DNA of 64,000 nucleotides from Alphaproteobacteria bacterium (GTDB lineage Bacteria; Pseudomonadota; Alphaproteobacteria; RF32; CAG-239): NCBI GenBank assembly GCA_017479985.1, contig JAFVBL010000021.1, positions 1,390 to 65,389 of the forward strand, read 5' to 3'. Shown piece by piece: positions 61,994 to 64,000 of this stretch (position 1 is its first letter; each line of letters starts with the position of its first letter). The notes under the pieces were generated by a model. It saw only the letters and a program-made list of their open reading frames with translations, ran no database searches and was not told where the DNA came from. The position numbers and the translations under genes were made by a program.

Positions 61994-62456
61994 GCTGATT
62001 ATAAAACTATATTTATGGGCGGAAAATCTGTGGTTTACTTTTCCTGAAAAATTGCGTTTTTTGCTGGTCGGCGGATTTAATACGGTTCTGGCGTGGTCAA
62101 TCTTGGCAACACTTGACTGGAGTTTCGGTAAAATAAATGCGGCAGCCGACTGGAATTTGCCGTCGATATGGGTGGCAAATGCGGCTCTTATCGTGCAATA
62201 CATCATCACCATCAACATTTCGTTTATGACAATGCGTTATTATGTTTTCCGCAGTCACGGCAATATTTTCAAAGAATGGATAAAAGCGTGGTCGGTATAC
62301 ATTTTTATTTATCTGATAAACGCACCGTCAATGAGTTTTCTGATGTGGCTCTTTAATTTGAAAGCGTGGCAGGCACAAGGCATCTATTTGGTATTTTCAA
62401 CCATTATCACATTTATTTTGCATAAATATTATTCGTTCAGACAGGAAAAAGCATAA
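61986..62456 (+). CDS. GtrA-family small membrane protein (putative polyprenyl-P-sugar flippase)
   Basis: 156 aa with 4 TM helices and LLVGGFNTVLAW; GGGAG SD; overlaps the YdjC stop. Confidence 0.7.
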   Translation: MIKLIIKLYLWAENLWFTFPEKLRFLLVGGFNTVLAWSILATLDWSFGKINAAADWNLPSIWVANAALIVQYIITINISFMTMRYYVFRSHGNIFKEWIKAWSVYIFIYLINAPSMSFLMWLFNLKAWQAQGIYLVFSTIITFILHKYYSFRQEKA

Positions 62457-62546
62457 TTTTTTGTACAAAACACATTTTTTTGCTTGAAATTTGACAAAAT
62501 ATATTTTATAATGTCAATATAGAGATAAGATTAAAGGAGAAAAACA

Positions 62547-63251
62547 ATGGAAAACCGAGATATGAACGAAGCTATGAAAATGCTTGAAGTAATGGATGTT
62601 GTCACACATTATGACCAATATCGTGCAGCCGGTGCAGTTGAAAAAATACCGACACTCAACTATCCGGATATCAGAAAGACCAACGAGGATATTAACTTAA
62701 GAGGTGCGCCGATACAGAAACTTGATGCCATCTTGGAAGGCGTATTAAAACAACCGATTATGGCGGATATTTATGCGACGAAAGGAATTAAGCCGGAAGA
62801 CGTATCGGCTTATATTGAAGAAGTCAAACAACAACCGATAAGCCATAAAAAGGCAATGTTACAAGCGTTTGTCGGCGCATACGGCACAGCCGCACTAAAT
62901 ATGGAAGGCGAAAAAGACCCTGTTGTAAACGGTAAGCGTGAAATGTATGCATTACGCGTCAAGCTTAATGATATAAAATCATTGATGTGGTCGATGGAAC
63001 GATTTGTTGAAGCACATCAGCCGGTTGCGGTTGAACTGAGTTTATGGCAAAAAATTCAACGCAAGCTCGGATTCGATAAAGAAATCGGCAACGGATACGG
63101 TGATAATGTTCAGCCTACAGTGGGAGCCACGCGGATTATAGAAATGACCGCAAAAAAGGATGCCGAAAAAATTAAACACCCGAATCCGACCAAAGGTGTT
63201 AAGCATTTTGAACAGAAATACAACAAATCCGAAGAATACGGCGGCAGATAA
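62547..63251 (+). CDS. Hypothetical protein (234 aa)
   Basis: AAAGGAG SD; no recognisable domain. Confidence 0.5.
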   Translation: MENRDMNEAMKMLEVMDVVTHYDQYRAAGAVEKIPTLNYPDIRKTNEDINLRGAPIQKLDAILEGVLKQPIMADIYATKGIKPEDVSAYIEEVKQQPISHKKAMLQAFVGAYGTAALNMEGEKDPVVNGKREMYALRVKLNDIKSLMWSMERFVEAHQPVAVELSLWQKIQRKLGFDKEIGNGYGDNVQPTVGATRIIEMTAKKDAEKIKHPNPTKGVKHFEQKYNKSEEYGGR

Positions 63252-63304
63252 TTTTTACTCCTCTGATAAACGGGTGAATGGTAAGATTGCAGGGAGTGCG
63301 GATT

Positions 63305-63469
63305 ATGCAAGAAAAATATCTGGAATTCGAGCAGGACGGTGTAAAATATAACCTTTATAATATGCCGAAAGGGTTTGTGATTAAAGGCGACTTGGATTTG
63401 CACGGTAAAGGCTTAACCGAATTGCCGGATTTATCTGAGGTGATTGTTAGGTGCGTGGTATCACTTTAA
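63305..63469 (+). pseudogene. N-terminal fragment of the BspA-type LRR family (paralog 3), truncated before the repeat array
   Basis: MQEKYLEFEQDGVKYNLYNMPKGFVIKGDLDLHGKGLTELPDLSEVIV then RCVVSL and a stop. About 88% nucleotide identity to the 5' end of 7640-9097 by eye. Confidence 0.5.
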
Positions 63470-63552
63470 TATATTGCGCCACATCTACGAGATATGACCG
63501 ATAAACAGCATAACTAATCATAACCGAGCGTAACACTTAAAATAAAATATAA

Positions 63553-63588
63553 GCACTGCCGAATAATTTTTCCGGCAGTGCTGTTTTT
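63553..63588. terminator. Bidirectional rho-independent terminator
   Basis: gcactgccg-aataatttttc-cggcagtgc followed by tgttttt; sits between the LRR fragment and the convergent minus-strand gene. Confidence 0.6.
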
Positions 63589-63602
63589 ATAAGTAAAATC
63601 CC

Positions 63603-64000
63603 CTATTCTTGCGGCACGACGTCTATGACAACATACTCCGATTTTGTGCCGGTCTTAAATTTTATTGCCCAATCCGATAAACCGGAAGTCACAATAAAAT
63701 CCGTATTGCGGCGTTTTTCATACCCATACACCAAATCATTGGCACCAATCCACTTCCCGACCTGGTTAAACGGAAACAACTGTCCGCCGTGCGTATGTCC
63801 CGACAATACCAAATCAACGCCCACTTCCGCTTGATTGCCGTAATCCGTCGGCTGATGGTCCGCCACAATCATATACTTATCTTTATCCAAGTTTTGAACC
63901 AGCTCTTTCATACTCTGCCGACGCCCGCCCCGCTCACGCTCAACCGATGCATCACGCCGCCCGATGAGATAAAACATATCGGCAATCTGCACCGTTTCAT
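63603..64000 (-). CDS. Calcineurin-like metallophosphoesterase, C-terminal part; continues beyond the window end
   Basis: LVLSGHTHGGQ motif; the ORF runs to the window end. Confidence 0.6.
   Translation of the reverse strand, partial: ETVQIADMFYLIGRRDASVERERGGRRQSMKELVQNLDKDKYMIVADHQPTDYGNQAEVGVDLVLSGHTHGGQLFPFNQVGKWIGANDLVYGYEKRRNTDFIVTSGLSDWAIKFKTGTKSEYVVIDVVPQE

Overview
The window reads like a piece of an alphaproteobacterial chromosome, probably from a host-associated or intracellular lineage, with roughly 40-45% GC judged by eye. Three linkage signatures support this: hfq-hflX, a split atpHAGDC operon, and an ftsQ-ftsA-ftsZ block whose FtsZ has a long C-terminal linker; the organism assignment is inference. 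Housekeeping genes on the minus strand include cobB, a murG-like GT28 gene, mraY-ftsW-murB-ftsQ-ftsA-ftsZ, ruvC, yebC, clpB, ftsH, accD, ihfB, tsaB and accA. On the plus strand are hfq-hflX, atpHAGDC and scoAB. Interleaved with these is accessory-type content. (1) A truncated giant eukaryote-like protein with a signal peptide, an ankyrin repeat and dozens of EGF-like/CxxC cysteine-rich repeats. (2) Three paralogs of a BspA-type 22-aa leucine-rich-repeat protein, one reduced to an N-terminal fragment. (3) A family of short dispersed MITE-like repeats at five or more intergenic loci, plus 90-bp tandem repeats. (4) A 2.9-kb cassette bounded by about 200-bp imperfect inverted repeats, carrying an NrdD-C-terminus-like glycyl-radical mini-ORF, a self-contained mini transcription unit and scoAB, next to a low-GC sulfatase-family gene. 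(5) An ftsH-[truncated DEAD-box-like]-[893-aa unknown]-clpB arrangement. (6) A higher-GC pair: a 458-aa unknown protein and an orphan beta-class DNA methyltransferase. (7) A four-gene locus resembling the lipid A hexosamine-modification pathway (ArnT-like GT-C, GT2, YdjC/NaxD-like deacetylase, GtrA-like). (8) Two very large proteins of unknown function. No rRNA, tRNA or CRISPR array was recognised.
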